Positions 1-14,659 of a stretch of DNA of 64,000 nt are shown piece after piece (position 1 is the first letter of the stretch; each line of letters starts with the position of its first letter). Below the pieces are notes generated by a model. It was not told the DNA's origin and did not search any database. It saw nothing but the letters and a program-made list of their open reading frames with translations. Source of the stretch: the human T2T-CHM13v2.0 reference genome, Homo sapiens; NCBI RefSeq assembly GCF_009914755.1, contig NC_060942.1, one strand, 5' to 3'. Both the position numbers and the translations under genes were made by a program.

Positions 1-1699
1 AGGGAAAGAAAGACATACACACGCTCCTGTTTGCACTGTGTTGGAATTAATGGAGTCAGCCAGCCCAAAGTTTGGGCAAACATGGAAAGGCATCTCTTCA
101 TTCATTGCTTTGATATCTTTTCCTTATTTTCACTGATCCCTGGGGGTAGACATCAGAATATCTACTTAGTAAGTTTATTTCCTATTATTTTTAGAAACTC
201 ATAGATGATTCTGAAAGCACCTAAGTGATTCTCTTTGTCAGAAAAGGTACAGTGTTCTTATTAGGATAGAGTTCTTCAACATAATTCTTGAGAAAGTTTC
301 TCTGAGGATGAAAACTAATAATAATAATCTGTGTACCCATAAGTAAAGTCAAGATAGCCAGATAACCTCTTATCACAATTTATGTCAGATCCAGGTAACC
401 TATTTCATGGAAACAGAATAGAGAGAAACTACTCACCTGAAAACCATATGTTGATGGTGGTCCCTGGAGGGCATCCCGGGGTTAAGCTGCCTTCTCTAGA
501 GAGCTAGAACTATGTTCCCTCCTTGCTCCCTCTTGTAAACGAGTCCCTCCTGAGGCCAGGTGGAGATAAATGGCATTTCCCAGTGGAAGGAAGCAGCTGT
601 CAAGAATTTAGAAGTGGCTTTCACCCACTAACCTAGCCATGAAAGCAAAATTATGTCTACAGTATTTTATTATGAGCTTGATACTCTCCATATTGCACAC
701 AGAAATAATACATCACATTTGAAAATGATGCCACACTATATTATTTTTATTTATGTCAAGGAAAAATACGTTTGACAGTGATTTTTTTCTCTACCTGTAA
801 TTGGATTCCAGGGTATTTCCAAATGTCTGATTGTTTGGCCCTGGGGATATATACGGCCTATATGGCCATGGCCTACTCACCAGCAGACATTATTGACAAA
901 GGTTAATGATACTTCCTGTCACAGATGCAGGCATTTAAAGTATGGGTAAATATGGCGATTCCTGTAGCCTCCTGATCCTCAAACCTGGAAATAAAATTTA
1001 GACATAGAGTATCATGAAATGTTTAGTTTGTCTAAATGATTTTTCCTGTGGGCATCCATTTGTCCTTTTGGCTGTCATCATTGTTAGCGTTGACTGTCTT
1101 TGTCATCTTCGTTGTGGAAGATGTTCTGAGTCTCCTTCAGGTGTAGGGACTCTCTGAGGTTATCTAATCCACACAGCAGAAATCAGAAACATCTGGTATC
1201 CTATTTCCAACTGGCACGGTAGCAATGGAATATTGTCCATCATCAGCCTAACACTGCATGCTAGTTCTCTTGCATAAACCTTTTGGATGCCTCCAGTTCA
1301 GTGTTTCATGAATTGGCAGGAAACTAGATTCCTTGTGGTTCTATGACTCAGGGCTGCCTCCCTCCCTGCCTCACCTGACTGCTGCTACTTGATACCATTT
1401 TGTCAATTGGACAAAATCTTTCAGCAACTCTACCCAAGGCTGAGGTCCTACCTGCTACACCTGCTGTGGGCAGCCTTTGCAAATCATCGAGTTTTTCTGC
1501 CTTGCCATTTCTCAGTCTCTAAAAATTTCCCTTTTTCTCCTCATAGAAATGACAGTTGTCTGAAGTGTGTCTTCTTGCATCATATTTGGAAACATTAATT
1601 GGGATTGAGTCCTTCTGAAGTAGACAAAGTATATACCTTAAGTAAAGATAGGCATAGAATGGCACTGGAAAAGTTGGTAAAGAAGAGCATTATTTCTAA

Positions 1700-1805
1700 G
1701 GCAAGAGAATAGCTTGAACCCAGGAGTTCAAGGCTGCAGTGAGCTATGGTCTCGCCACAGCACTACAGCCTGGGTAACAGAGCAAGACCCCAACTCCAAA
1801 AAAAA
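1700..1805 (+). mobile_element. Alu monomer fragment (FLAM/AluJ-like)
   Basis: gcttgaacccaggagttcaaggctgcagtgagctatg...cagcctgggtaacagagcaagacc followed by an A tail. Confidence 0.85.
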
Positions 1806-3129
1806 GAGAAGGGGAGGTGGACATTACCTGATCAAAATTATTATTTCCTAGGCAGCTATTAGGTGTCAAGAGCTATGAAGGAACTGAAACATTACCCTAT
1901 TTGTAAGCTAATGTGCTGCCTTGCCACAATTCCGTGGATGCTGGCAGAAGACACAAAATTCCTGGGTCAGAGACAAAGGACTTCATTACTTCTAGTGATA
2001 GCAATAGCCAGAATATCAACATTTGTGCCATTTCCCCAAGCCCCAGTTCCCACAGGGTGATGTGAATAGGGCCCAGTAAAACATGCAGGCACATTGTGGG
2101 GAACCTGGGGAAAGGAACCCTGAGCCTTGGGGACCTGAACTCTTTTATAATGGGCGGTAAACATGCCTTCCGTTTGTCCCAGAGGGAGACATTGTCTTTA
2201 TTACAGTGGGCAATAAACCAACCAGATCTTTGCTCTAGGGAGACCCTATCTTCTAAGAGAAGACCCTGTCTTCTAAGGCTCCTTGCTATGCACACATCCT
2301 TAGAAAGATAGTGCAGAAAAGACTATCAATGCCTTTGCTTGCAAGACTGAAGAAACGTGGGAGAGCTGTAGATAGTTGTTTCCTAATATTAGATTATAAT
2401 GGTTTTAAATCAACCTTTACTATGAAATTTGTATCCTAAAGTCTGTTTAGTGTAAACAAAAAATTCAAGTTTTGAACAGCAATTAGCTTGTTCTTATTTA
2501 ACAAAAAAGAAAGTGCCTCAGGAGCTACAAGACCTCGCCTGGAGCAGGCACTTGGGATGAACAAGTTTGCTGCATCTGGAGACACTCACAGAGAATCTGG
2601 CTTGTTGGCTGGGTGAGACATCTGCACCTTTCATCCCAGGTGGGAGCCTTGGGTCAGTGCTTTCAGGTGCAGTCAGGAGGCTCCACATGTCAGGACAATG
2701 AGGGTTCTTGAGCCACAGTGGTACTTTGAATTTCCAGACAATGACTGAGACTGGGGAAATTAGCAAAGGAGAATAACTCTGGGGCTCCTTCTAGCATCCT
2801 TGTCCATGCTCAAGATCTTAATCACTACTCTGCTATCTCCACCACTCCCCCTTTCCCTTCAGCAGCCCTGCTTTCCCCCATCCATCTTTGGAACACATTT
2901 GTTCAAAATGATACAACACCTGCAGTATGGCAAGACACACTCACGTTGACTTTCTGGTACCTGAAATACACTTTTTCAGGAGAACCTCTGGGTTCAGTGA
3001 CCATGCAGTGTGTTTCATCTGCCTCTGGGCATGATATGCATCTTTGGAGCCTTTTGAATTTGCAACTTCTGTGAGAAGGCTGCCTCTGCCAGATACATCG
3101 GGAAGTTCAAGTCGCTTTTTGTTGACTTT

Positions 3130-4345
3130 CTGGATCCATCCCCCTCTGGATGCCTCTTTGTCCTCTAGATCATCTCCAGGCTAAACAGGATAGTTGCCTT
3201 TTGAGTCGCGTGCATTTCTCATTGTTTTCTCAACATTTGTCTTAGTCTTTTCTCATTGTTTGGTTGCAATCCTCTCACTGACTCCTCTTCTGCCTTTTCA
3301 CTACGTGGTGGGTTTTTCTGAAGTTCCTCTCCAGCTCCTCTCTATCTTCATACACATCCTCTCACTGGGCCCTCGCATTCCACCTGTGATTTTTACCTAC
3401 CTCCCATATGCCTTGAATCCCTGAGGTCTGTACTGCCAGCCTTGGCCTCCCTGAGCTCAGGGCGTGTGTATTGCACTTCCCCAGCCATCTCCACTAAATG
3501 CCCCTCCAACTCTTCAGACCCACCAAGTGCCAGGCTGAGGGCTGTTCAGATGGAAGGTGATGTCTATCTCTCATCCAGAAACCCCCACCCGAAACCTGCT
3601 TATATTTTCTAGTCCCCACCTGGTTAAGGCTATCTCTCGTGGCCCAATCATTTAAGCTGGAACATTCATATAATTTTTGATTCCTCCTTCAACACTTACC
3701 TTACATCCAATCAATCCCCAAGTGTCTTTTGTGTTGTTTTCTCTCAAATCAGCCCTCTTTCTTTTCTCTTCATTGCCATTGCGTTAGTCCTGGCCTCAAC
3801 CATCTCTGATCTGGGCCATTTCAATCACTTCTGATAGGTTTCACTTCTTCCAGGCTCTTCTCAGTAACCCAATTTAAAAAAAAGATCTCTGTACCTTTTC
3901 TTAAAATTATCGGGTGGCTCTCCATTATCTACCACATAAATTCAGATCTTATGTGGCATTCAAGACCCTTTGTACCCAGTACCAACCACCACAGCCACCC
4001 CCCCAACAAATGTTATGCTCCATCCACACCAAACCACAGTCAGTACCTGAAAATGCCATGCTCTGTGCTTGGAGTGCACTCTTCCATTGGGTGCCCCCTG
4101 GACTCTTCATCGAGCTGAGGCATCTTCTCTTCTCTAAAGCCGCCCTTGATCCCTCTCTTGTGTTTCCCTTGCATCTTGTGCACAGTTGGGATGCAGGGCT
4201 TACCTCACTGTCCATGTGATAAGTTGCTCCTCCCAAGCATCTACGTGTGCCTCGGGCAGGGCACGTGCCTGTGCCCACCTTTGTTATTCCCAGTGCTTGG
4301 AGCAGAACAAGCATTCAGTACATGGGTTATGAGTTGGCGAATGGT
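3130..4345 (+). mobile_element. Degraded LINE-2 remnant
   Basis: Pyrimidine-rich L2-like text (ttcctccttc...catccaatcaatc...aagt; ccagtgcttgg near the 3' end); boundaries approximate. Confidence 0.55.
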
Positions 4346-5327
4346 CAAGCATGACAAAAGAAAGCAGACTCATGAATCTGCAGAGACAGCTGTTTCCTCT
4401 CTACCCAGGAAGAAATTTATTACATGAGCCATGGGTGGAGGACACATCTTTGACTATGCAGGCCACTCCATAAGGACTGAATAAATGATGTTGGTATAAT
4501 TAATAGAGAGGAAACTTTTACAGAGAGTTGACATATCTGGGCCATTTCTTTCTGAGGATCTGACTCTAATAGAATAGTCACCCTATATGTTATCAATATG
4601 AGAATAATTGAACCTGAAATTGCTTCTTTTTTATCCTGTATGATACTACAGTAGCATTATATACATATTTAAGCAAGTGAACTCAATCAGAAGCGTAATC
4701 TGAGGGGCAAGAGTGGGAAGTGGAAATTCTAATTTAAATAGCGCTTTTAATCCTGTCTAACATTCATATTAAGTGCATGTCCCTGAGGGAGCATGACCAC
4801 AAGGAGCATAGATCTTTTCTTCTTTTCCTTGAACCATTCCTGATTCCAACGTGCCCCTTGTCGTATGAACAATTTGCTGCTTCAAATGTGAGTTTAGAGT
4901 TTACAGATTTGTATTTGGGGGTAACACAGCCCATGAATGCAATCCCAGCACTTAAGGAGTTCCACTGACGCTAAATTAAAACCGTGATTGTCAAAACCAT
5001 GGAGAAGTTATGGGATCTATAAGGTAGCACTGTCCAAAGGGACTTTTGAAGGTAATTTTGACTATACATGGTCAAAATTGTTCGGGTCAAGCAGGTTCAG
5101 GCCTAAGCCATCTCTGAAGTCATCTTCAGTGGGGCTTAGGTCTGAACCTCTGGAAAATCAAACTCTGAAACTTGAGGACAAAGCATGGCTTAACTTTTAA
5201 GGCATAAAAATTAGGCTATTGAATCAGTATTTTGCAAGTGATAAGCTGTCTCTTTTGTGAGGCTTGAGTAGAATTTCTTTTGTGAAGCTGAGTTTGTGCC
5301 CATCCTCATGCAACTATTCCTGTAGAG

Positions 5328-5556
5328 CAGTGATTCTCAACCAGGGGTGAGTTTGCTCTCCTGGGGGACATTTGGCAGTGTCTGGAGACATTTTCAGTTG
5401 CCACAATAGCAGAGGAGAAGTGGAAGGTTGGTGCTGAAGCCTCTAGTGAGTAGAAACCAGGGATTCTGCTAAACATCCTACAGCTCATGAGACAGTCTCC
5501 CAGAAGAAGGAATTATTCAACCTAGAATACCCAGGTACCCAGGCTGAGAAACCTTG
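5328..5556 (+). mobile_element. MER20 (hAT-Charlie DNA transposon fossil)
   Basis: cagtgattctcaaccagggg...ggacatttggcagtgtctggagacatttt...ctaaacatcctaca...tgagaaaccttg; near-perfect 8-bp TSD ctgtagag/ctctagag. Confidence 0.9.
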
Positions 5557-6109
5557 CTCTAGAGTGAATCCAAGTGAACAACCTAGCAAGAACTGGTCTA
5601 ACACCAAAGGCAAAGTCTAAAAGATTTTGAAAGTTGTAAGCTTTTTTCTCTTGGGACCTTTTTCAGATTTCTGTGATTAAAACACACGTCTGTAGTCAAT
5701 CGTGTTAGTTATTAGCTCTGAGCTGGGGAGGTCCCTGGAATCTACACAGTTTGGAGCAACTATTATAGAACTGGCTGGCCCAGCCCTTGGTTTCATAAGA
5801 CCTGCCAGAAAGCCAAGTCCTGGAAGAGTCATCTAGACACTACCACAGATTGAAATCAACTGAAGCCACCCAGAGATGTATCAAGTTCAGAACTTTCTAC
5901 CACCAATTTATCACTTCAAAGAAAAATTGCATAACCAGAAATTCTAATTGGACACTCTGAACTCGGCTGTCAGGGACGTGGATGAAAGCAACATTGAAAC
6001 ATTCCTGCCCACTGTGTGTATGTGCGCGTGTGTGTGTGCACGTGTGCGTACACGCTTAATTCCAGGAATGATTATGTACTTCTCCTTGATTGCTTAAGTC
6101 ACCCACCAC

Positions 6110-6810
6110 ACAGTATAGCCCTGTGATTAACAGCCCGAGCTTTGCAGTCCAGCCAATCCAGGTTCAAATGCAAGCTCTGCTAGCATGAGCTCTGCTTAGC
6201 AGTGAGGTCCTGTTGGTCAGAGGGTTGCTGAATATATTCAGTGAAGGGACTGTTTACAGAGGTATAGGGAGGTCATGGGACCATCAAAATGTGGTGATGC
6301 TTCACCCAGAGACTAGCGGTCGTGGGACACTGTTCCCACCTTCAGGCCTGAAGAAACTTGGTGAATGACTAGGACTTGGTAAGAGTTGTGGCCAGAGGAG
6401 AGAGACCAAGGGACAGAAACAGTGGCCTGACAACCTCTGCCAAACTAAGGCCCTACGTGAAGGAAGCAGGGGTGTTAATATCCCAGTTTCCTTCTTCCTA
6501 CCTTTGCTAGAACTTCCAGGGGCTGAGCCAGGGAGAGGGAGAGCAAATACAGCTGGTGTTCTGTGCGGGAGTCAGCATCCTCAGGCACAGAGCAGAACAG
6601 AGCATGGATCAAACAGTCAGAGAGTAGCCAGCCTACTGTGTAGCTCTGGGCAAGTTGCTTAACCTCTCTGAACATGTTTCCTTATTTCTCACATGGGGAC
6701 ATCAATCTTCACTTTATATTGTAGGTGTGGGAACCAAAGAGGATGATGTAATATGATTCCTGGTACAGCATCTGGGTGTAGAAGGTGCTCAATATGTAGT
6801 AAGTTTGATT
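6110..6810 (+). mobile_element. MIR split by an old LTR-like insert (~6190-6630)
   Basis: MIR 5' part (ccaggttcaaatgcaagctctgc) and core (ctgggcaagttgcttaacctctctga...gtgctcaata) separated by ~440 bp of unrelated, LTR-like sequence. Confidence 0.55.
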
Positions 6811-9156
6811 TTTACTGCACTTAGGCAAGCAGGACCTGATGTCCAGTGAGGTTTTGGGGACCAGATGAGGAGTTGGTGTTGGGATTTGGGAGGGACAAAG
6901 AAAACAAGATTGTGTGAGTGATGGTCTGCCCTGGCGGACTTCATACAGGGACCAGCTGGCCGAAGTCCTCAGGCCGGCTCGTTCCTCATTTCTCTCCTCA
7001 TTTTGCGACCTGCATGAGGAAAGCATGGTCACATTCTCCATCTGACGGGGCAGCCTTTATATTCTTACACCTAAGAAAAGCACTTAGTTTCTCCCCCCTT
7101 CCATGGGTTCTCATGTTGATGGGTTCCCATCCTGGTTTCCCAAACCCCACTCACTCCAGTAATGTCTGTTTCTTTGGGGTGAAGAATTCCTTTTAGTGGC
7201 TGTGTTCTGGTTATGGGTCCTTCCCCACAGGGTGGTTGGTGACAGCCCAGTACCCTGTTATGTCTCTTTGAGGATACCCTGGACCCCTTCTTTTCTATTA
7301 CTTCTTCCACCTTGCAAAAAGTATCCATTACCACATCCTTTTATGCAGTTTAGTGTTGATTTTCTTCTTTGGCCCTTCTATTCCCCCTACCCCAACCTTC
7401 AAATCTAGCTGCAAGCCCTCGGAGCCAGGTCAGTGCAGGCTCTGGCCAAACACATTTTTCTGGTCTTTGCTAAGTGCATCCTAGCGATGCTGAGATCCCA
7501 TCGATCTGCGCTCTTGGGCTGTGACCCAGGAAGACAGATCCCAGTTTTGGATGCCTGTAATGTTACCAGGCATTCCTTGCCATGTCTTCCTTTTATTTCC
7601 AAATGCACGCCCACTGCTAGGAGAAGGGTTGCCTGGGCACCTGGCCCAAGTCCTTCCTGCAGTTCCCCTCCTCCCTTGCACAGCCCAGGAGATGCAATCA
7701 GATCTTTGTGTCCTTCCTCCATCCAAGGTGGTTATGGACAAGCATGGTGAGCCGTGGCATCTCTTGACCTGCTGGGTTTGGGGTATCACAGTCACTCCTG
7801 AGCCTCCCTTGAAGATGCTTAGAGGCATTACATGCTGGGGAAGGGACACTCTGCTCCTTCCTGCCTGGCCACCCTGGCACGGGCCTTCACTGTTCTCTCC
7901 TGGCCTCAGCTTTCTGAGGGTAATACCAGAGCCCTCCCCATAGAGAGATCGTGAGGGCTTCGGAAGGCAGTTCCTGTGAAGTGCTCAGTAACCATTCCTC
8001 AAAGGGAGCCAGCAGCCCTGCGGAACTCCCTGCCCCGCTCCGGTGTGAACACGGTTCCTCCCCCAGCTGATGTCTGGGATGGAAAAACCTCCTGCTGTTC
8101 AGAGTCTCAATCCCTTACCCATGTGTTCTTCCAGTGGTGCTGTGTTTTTATTTTCTTTTTCTCTTGAGCTCCACTGATTGGTGTTCACCTCTTCCTCCTC
8201 TGTCTCTCTCTCTAAGGGTTTGCTTCGTGGACTCTTGATTCCACACTGACTAGGGGCCTCACTCCACAGCTCGCAGGCACACCCAAGCTGTTCCCAGCAG
8301 AAAGCCTTGCTTGCCTGTGATGCAGGTGGAGACAGGGCTCACCTCAGACAAAATGAAACACAGAGCAGACATCACTGTCCTTAGAGTAAAGTCCCAGATC
8401 CCTCCATCAACACACAGCGCTGGTTGCCCTGGCCCCTGACAACCACCCAAACCTCCTCTCACTCCTCCTGCCAGGCCACGCAGCTTTCATTCCCTCCGGC
8501 ACGCAGTGGGCTCTGGGTGCCTGCATGTGCACTTCCCTCTGCCCAGGGCATTCTCAGCATTTCCCCCCTTTTAACTCATTTTTACCCCTTGAGACTCAAA
8601 CATCATTTTGCCACAGAGACTTACGTTCCAGGCCTTGCCAAAGACCCTTGCCATGCCTTCCCAGGGCACCATGCATTTTATCTTACACATCCATCACTCT
8701 TACAAAAGTATTTTCGTTATTGTGTCTGCTGGCAGTTGAGAGGTGGGGGTTTCCCTGTGCCCACTGGTGGCAGAGCTCACTCACTTTTGCCACACGGATA
8801 TCACGGCAGGTTGTTCAGGATCCTCTCTAATCTGCTTCTCTCTAGCCTCTGTGACAGAGCTAGGTCAGTCTCATGGGTCGCTGTGTCTGTCTTTCACCAC
8901 CAACACCACATTTTCAGGCCAGAGAAAGGCTCATTAAATTCTGGGACTGGTAACAGTGAGAAGTTGTAAACATTCCTAGGAGGGAAACAAGCACCTTTTC
9001 TCCCTAGTTGTTGCCAAAGGTCATAGCTCCCTTTAGGACTTTTCCTACAGGATTATATGGTTTCTCCCGTTTCCTCGGGACTTGGTGGGTATAAATGAGA
9101 CGTTTTCCTGCATTTTCCCAGAGGGCAGCAGACCTGGCTTAGAGACACTCAGAAGG

Positions 9157-9159
<3 letters not shown>

Positions 9160-9201
<42 letters not shown>
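9160..9201. repeat. (TG)21 microsatellite
   Basis: Perfect TG run. Confidence 0.97.
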
Positions 9202-9202
<1 letters not shown>

Positions 9203-11622
9203 ACGGAGAGAAGTATGAGTGAGGGAAATCCTGCTGAAAGATAATGGGAAAGGGGAGGAGAAATGTTCTGGAGTTCGGTGTGGAGTCTCAGGGCTGTCCT
9301 GGGTGCTTCCTGAGTATCAGTAAGAATGCTGTGAGCAGACGCTGGCCCCAGGACCACGCTGGGGCCCTCCAGCAGGAGAGGAAGGCAAGGTCTTGGCCCT
9401 CAGACAACTTTCCTGTGTTTGATTAAGACAGCTAGAGAAGGGCTCTGCCGTGGACCCTGGCAGTTTTGCTTGACTTGAATGTGTGTGACAGTTATTTAAT
9501 TTGTTCATCATTAGGATGGCCTCAGATTTGCAATCAGACCTTGTAGACACTGAGTCATGTATTCTGGGCAGGAGATGACTTTGCCGATTACTACCTCCCC
9601 AGCAGTCATGAAAAAAAGATACCACCCCAGTGGTTGAAATCACAAATTGAAATACCTGATTCCAAGAAGTTAGGCCCTAGTGTATTGGGATGAAATTGTA
9701 CTCCTCCCCCACAAGAGTGTGGCTTTTCCAGAGCTCGCGTGTCTGTTAGCACACCTGCCCAGGCAGCCTAATCAGGGCCAGAGCCGCTGCTTGGGTAGAG
9801 TCCTGCATGTTCAGTGGAATGGAACATGGCAGTGCACACCCGCAGGCTGAAGTCAAATAGCCATCAATCACAGAGCCTCCCTACTTTGCCCAGATCCCTG
9901 GGGTGGTGAGTAGACACAGGCTTATGGCAGCCAACTGACCCCATGTCCCTGTCTGTAATGAAGCCGCCAGGAGGGGCCCTTGCTGGTTTTCACCATATGC
10001 TTACCAATTAAAACTTCAGTCCATGCCACATGCTGGGCTGTTGGAAACACATTTTTGTTTTGATGTGGCTATTTTGAAGTCCATGTGTGCAAAAACGTGC
10101 TTTCTGTCAACCAAATGATGACGCTGCCGCTGCTGAGGCTGTGCTCTTGCCATGCTTGTAAAATTAATGGGGTTTTGTATCTCTCCTAAATACTCTATTA
10201 TCAGATGAAAAAGAAATTACCATAAAAATTCCTTCAGTACCAAAGGGAATGTTTCTAAAAGGCCTGTTCACTCCATCCCATGACCCAGCACAGTTTTTAC
10301 TTTTAAGGAAGAGTGTATGATGCTCTCATTCTCAGACACGTGGCCTCACAGCTGTGTGCCCATTGGCTTCCTTCTGTAACTGCCACCCATGAATCTCTGT
10401 CTGGAAACTATGCCCTCAGATCTCCAGTTCCTAAAGCCTTCCCCTCTTGGGATGCCCAGGAGGGACAGCCCCTCAGCTGCAGGGGGGTCTTTGCTGCCCC
10501 TCCCCATGTCCTCCAGCCTTCCCTGGAAGCAGGTTCCTGCCCCAGGCTGGAGTTCCCAGTAGAAGATGCACAACCTGTAATCAAAGGAGAGGAATTTACT
10601 CCTCCACCCCCAAATTCCTACCTGGCACTTGGGGACATTTCCACGGAGGAGTGGGATTTGGAAGTTGCCCAGGAATATCAGGAAAGGTGACATTTCATCT
10701 GCTCCACTGCATCTTCCCTGCCCAGCTAACTCCCTGACTCATCCTCAGAGGATGGCAGCCTGAGAGCAGATGAAGGATTGGGGGGTGATGGCCCCGTGGG
10801 TCCTGAAGAATGAGTTGCTGGGAAGCTGGGGTTAGCTGGGCCCCCTGCCTAGTGAGGCCTGAATGTCCCTTTCCCTTAGTAATGCCCATGCCCAGCCTGC
10901 TGGGGGGCTGGTTCTGTGCACCCCATGGCCAGCCGTGCCCATTACCTGGTGCCGCAGGATGCCTCCACAGAGAGCTGCCCTGATCTGCGTGTTCTCATGG
11001 AATCTGGGCAGGTCCCTTCCAGCCCCTGCCATGCGTAGACCCTGCCAGAATTTCTGTGTTGCTTTGAGCAGTGTGTACCTAGGGTTCAAGCACACACCCT
11101 TAGAGTGCATTGCCAGGGTTCCAGAAGAGTGGGCTTTGCTCAGCCTGAGGGCAGTTCCCTTAAGAGTGAGCCACCCTCCTCCAGCCTTCATGTGTGGCAG
11201 TTGGCTCAGAATTTTGTGTATTCTCGATCATTTTGCTACACATCCACAGCTCATAGCTGAGGGTTTTGCTCAGAAAAAATAAATAAATAAAAATAAAAAA
11301 ATTTAAAAAAAGCATAAGCCAGATTGTGCCATTTCCCTGTTCCCTAGAGTGTCACACGAGTGAGAACATGATCATCTTACCTCAGTGACAGCATCAAATC
11401 TCCAGCGTTGATAGGTTTGCAAATAGACTGTGACCATGAGTGATTCTTCCAAACTGCTTTCAAAATCTCAAACTAACTTCACATTATGAGCAAATATAAC
11501 CCAAGAAAAGGGTGATGAACCTCACTGGTTCAGCCAACTGATTTCAGGACACATTAGCTGTTTTTCATCAGCTTGATCCACCATGGATTTTGTTTCTCTT
11601 TCCCTAAACAGGCAAAAAGGTT

Positions 11623-12213
11623 ATATATTAGTTTCGTATTGCTGTGTAACAAGTTTCCACAGACATAGCGATTGGAAACAACACTCGTTTATTATCTCAC
11701 AGTTTCCATCTGTCAGAAGTTTAGCACAGCTCAGCTGAGCTCTTGACCTTGCCTGTCCACTGCCACAAGGCTGGAATTAAGGCTGCGGCTGGCTGGGCTC
11801 TTATTGGGAGACTCTGGGAAGAGTCCACTTCCAGCCTCATTGAGGGTGATAGCAACATCCAGTTCCTTGTGCCCACAGAACTGAAGTCCCTGTTCCTGGT
11901 AGGCTGTTGACCAGTGGTGGTTCTCAGCTTCTAGAGGCCACCTGCATTCCCTGTCAAGCAGCAGTGATGTGGCAGATCCTTCTCCTGCTTCGAATCTCTG
12001 ACTTCCTTTTCTGCTGCCAATTGGAAAACTCTCTGCCTTTAAAAGCCTTTCCTGATTGGATCCAACTCATCTAGTAAACCTCCATATCGTAAGGTCACTG
12101 ACTAGGGACTTTCCTGTCATCTGCACAATCCCTTCACAGCATTGCCTCGATGAGTGTTTGAATAACCAGGGCATAGGTCTCTTGGGGGCCATCTTTGGAC
12201 ATCTGTCCACCAC
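11623..12213 (-). mobile_element. MLT1 (MaLR) solo LTR, MLT1E/F-like
   Basis: tattagtttcgtattgctgtgtaacaa...tttattatctcacagtttc...gggggccatctt...ccaccaca; ends ~90 bp upstream of the exon 18 acceptor. Confidence 0.8.
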
Positions 12214-12302
12214 AGAGAAATCAACCTCACATTCATTCTCACCTCACTTCACCCTTCCAAGAAATCTGTCGTCAATATAATCTCCATTGTTGTCTCCACC
12301 AG

Positions 12303-12599
12303 CAAGTGCCGGGGATCCTGAACCCGAATCAGAGGCAGAACCGGAAGCAGAGGCAGGGGCGGGGCAGGTTGCTGATGAAGCTGGCCAGGACATAGCCTCT
12401 GCCCACGAGGGTGCAGAGACTGAAGTGGAGCAGGCACTAGAGCAAGAGCCGGAAGAAAGAGCCTCCCTCAGTGAAAAAGAGAGGCAGAACGAGGGGGTGA
12501 ACGAGAGGGACAACTGCTCTGCCTCCAGCGTCTCGTCCTCCAGCAGCACGTTGGAGAGGGAGGAGAAGGAGGACAAGCTCTCCAGGGACAGGACAACTG
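12303..12599 (+). CDS. FHOD3: FHOD3 coding exon (~exon 18), acidic linker upstream of FH1
   Basis: Acceptor tgtctccaccAG, donor G|GTAAAT; 297 nt, phase 1-1; encodes (A)SAGDPEPESEAEPEAEAG...DKLSRDRTT(G), which joins in frame to the next exon. Confidence 0.93.
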
Positions 12600-14659
12600 G
12601 TAAATGAAACCCCTTGTTTCAGTCGGCATGTGCCAGGGAGGCCTGGGGTGCAGGGGCTGGTTCTCTAAGAGCTTGTCCACAGGCTGGCCTCTGAGGTGAC
12701 CTGGGTCAACCCACTCATGTGGCTGTGTCACCCAGTGTCTGGGGACAAGGAGTGTGGCCACGCTGGCAGCCAGCCAGCAGCCTTCTGCCCTGTAGAAAGA
12801 CAGCCCCCAAACTGTCTGCCACACCATCACATTCATCACCTCCACACCTGGGGAAAAGGGCCCCGATAAGGAGGGCTTTTCCTGAGGAATAAGCCCCAGA
12901 AGAGAAACCTCTCACTTCCCCCTGACTGTTCCATTGTGAATAATAGTAAGGTTGATAATAGTAAGGCTTTTTCCGTTTTTGATATAAGTTTAGAAACTGT
13001 CACATTGTCATCTATTCCTTTAAAAATGTGTTTACTGAAGTGTGTTAATCATTTTGACTGGACATTTCAGACTGGGAAAGATTTGTTTAAATGGATTGAA
13101 TGAGTATTTCCAAAAAATTGTACACAGTTTACTGAGGTCAATTTGATGTACTGGAATATAGATAATTTGTTTTCTATATTACACTCATAACTATTCTTTT
13201 CTTTGTATAAAGTATATGCTTTTCCTTATGGAAGTATATCTTTTTGATGTTACACTTAATACTCATTCAGTTCTCCTATGAATGGTAACTTTAGAATTAG
13301 GGACCAAATGGAATGTTAGATTATAGGTTTGGTTTAGCCTGAAAGAACCTCACCAAGGACTTGAGAAGGGTGCCACAGAGGGTTATAGGAATCGTGAATA
13401 ATTCATATGATCTGTGACACCACAGGATTACTTTTCCTACCCATGACTTGTGTGCTATCAAGGTGGTAGAATGCCTCCTTCCTCAACAAACACTCCTAAC
13501 CAGTGGAGTCATGTCTTATGGGCCAGCCTTTCTTAAGCTACATATGAGTGGCACCCACTCGAGTCGATGTCTTAGGCCCAAAGGGCAATATGACACCTCT
13601 ACAAAGGCCTGCCAACCAGTGCCATGACCCATGAATGGCTTATTCATTCCTAGATTAAAAATACATTGTCTCAGAAGCATGGATGAACGAATGAATGAAA
13701 CCAGAATGTCTTCCAATAGACCTGTCAGTCAATGGCGTAGTCTAAAATAGTTACTATTTGGATTTTTTCCCAGTTAGAATATACTACTAGATTTTATGCT
13801 TTATATTGCTGGTCACTATGATGCAGTAAAAACAAGAAGATAAAAGACTTTATTAGTTTACATCTTAGGAATTATTGCATTGAAAATCCAGTGTCTTCAT
13901 TTGGTTGAATATGTATGTGCCAAGAGGTATTATATATACTGATATTTACTTAATTTCTTTCAAAGTCAGATTACAGTTAGTCCCCCAAATTCTTCTTATC
14001 ATTCATATTAATGTAATTATTGTCATAATACTGGGTGTAGGGTAAGTCTTATTGATCAGATTGGTCTTAAATCATGTTTTATTTATTAGGAATAGCTTTA
14101 AGAATTATTAATCATAACTGGGTTTAGCAGGCCTAAAACATATCAAGAAATTGGATTAGTAAAAATATACCAGGCGACAGGGCTTTCTTGGATCAGATTG
14201 TCCAATATTCTTCCAAAGAAGGACAATTTTCCAAAAGTGGAAACCGTTCCCAGTGAAGAACCACTGACTTTCTACCAAAGTGGGCAATGTCCAAGTATTT
14301 AGAAGCAGAAATTAGGGCTTTGCAATGATTTTTCTGCTTTGCTTCAGTGCTGTTATGAGAGTTGGTCATGTTTATTTACTGTAGCTTATTGGTTCCTAAA
14401 AAATCTCACTGCTCACAGGCATCATCAGCCACTGTGGAGTCCGGGCAGCTATGTCATTATAGCTCTTGCTTTTCAGAGTGCTGTCAAATCACAGAGCAAC
14501 CTTAGAGATAAAAAATTATTCTCAAACATATTTCTAATGATTATGTCAAAAATGAATTTGTAGGACTTGAAAAAGTCTCATTCCAGTTATGTGGTTTAAT
14601 TTTTCTTTGTTTAATGTGTTCTACTTTAGGGCATGCATGTGAGAAGCTTTATCATAACA

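Noticed and set aside
8424-8969. 181-aa ORF, the longest non-FHOD3 ORF
   Set aside because: Non-ATG start, no recognisable domain, and overlaps L2-like degraded sequence; length is compatible with chance.
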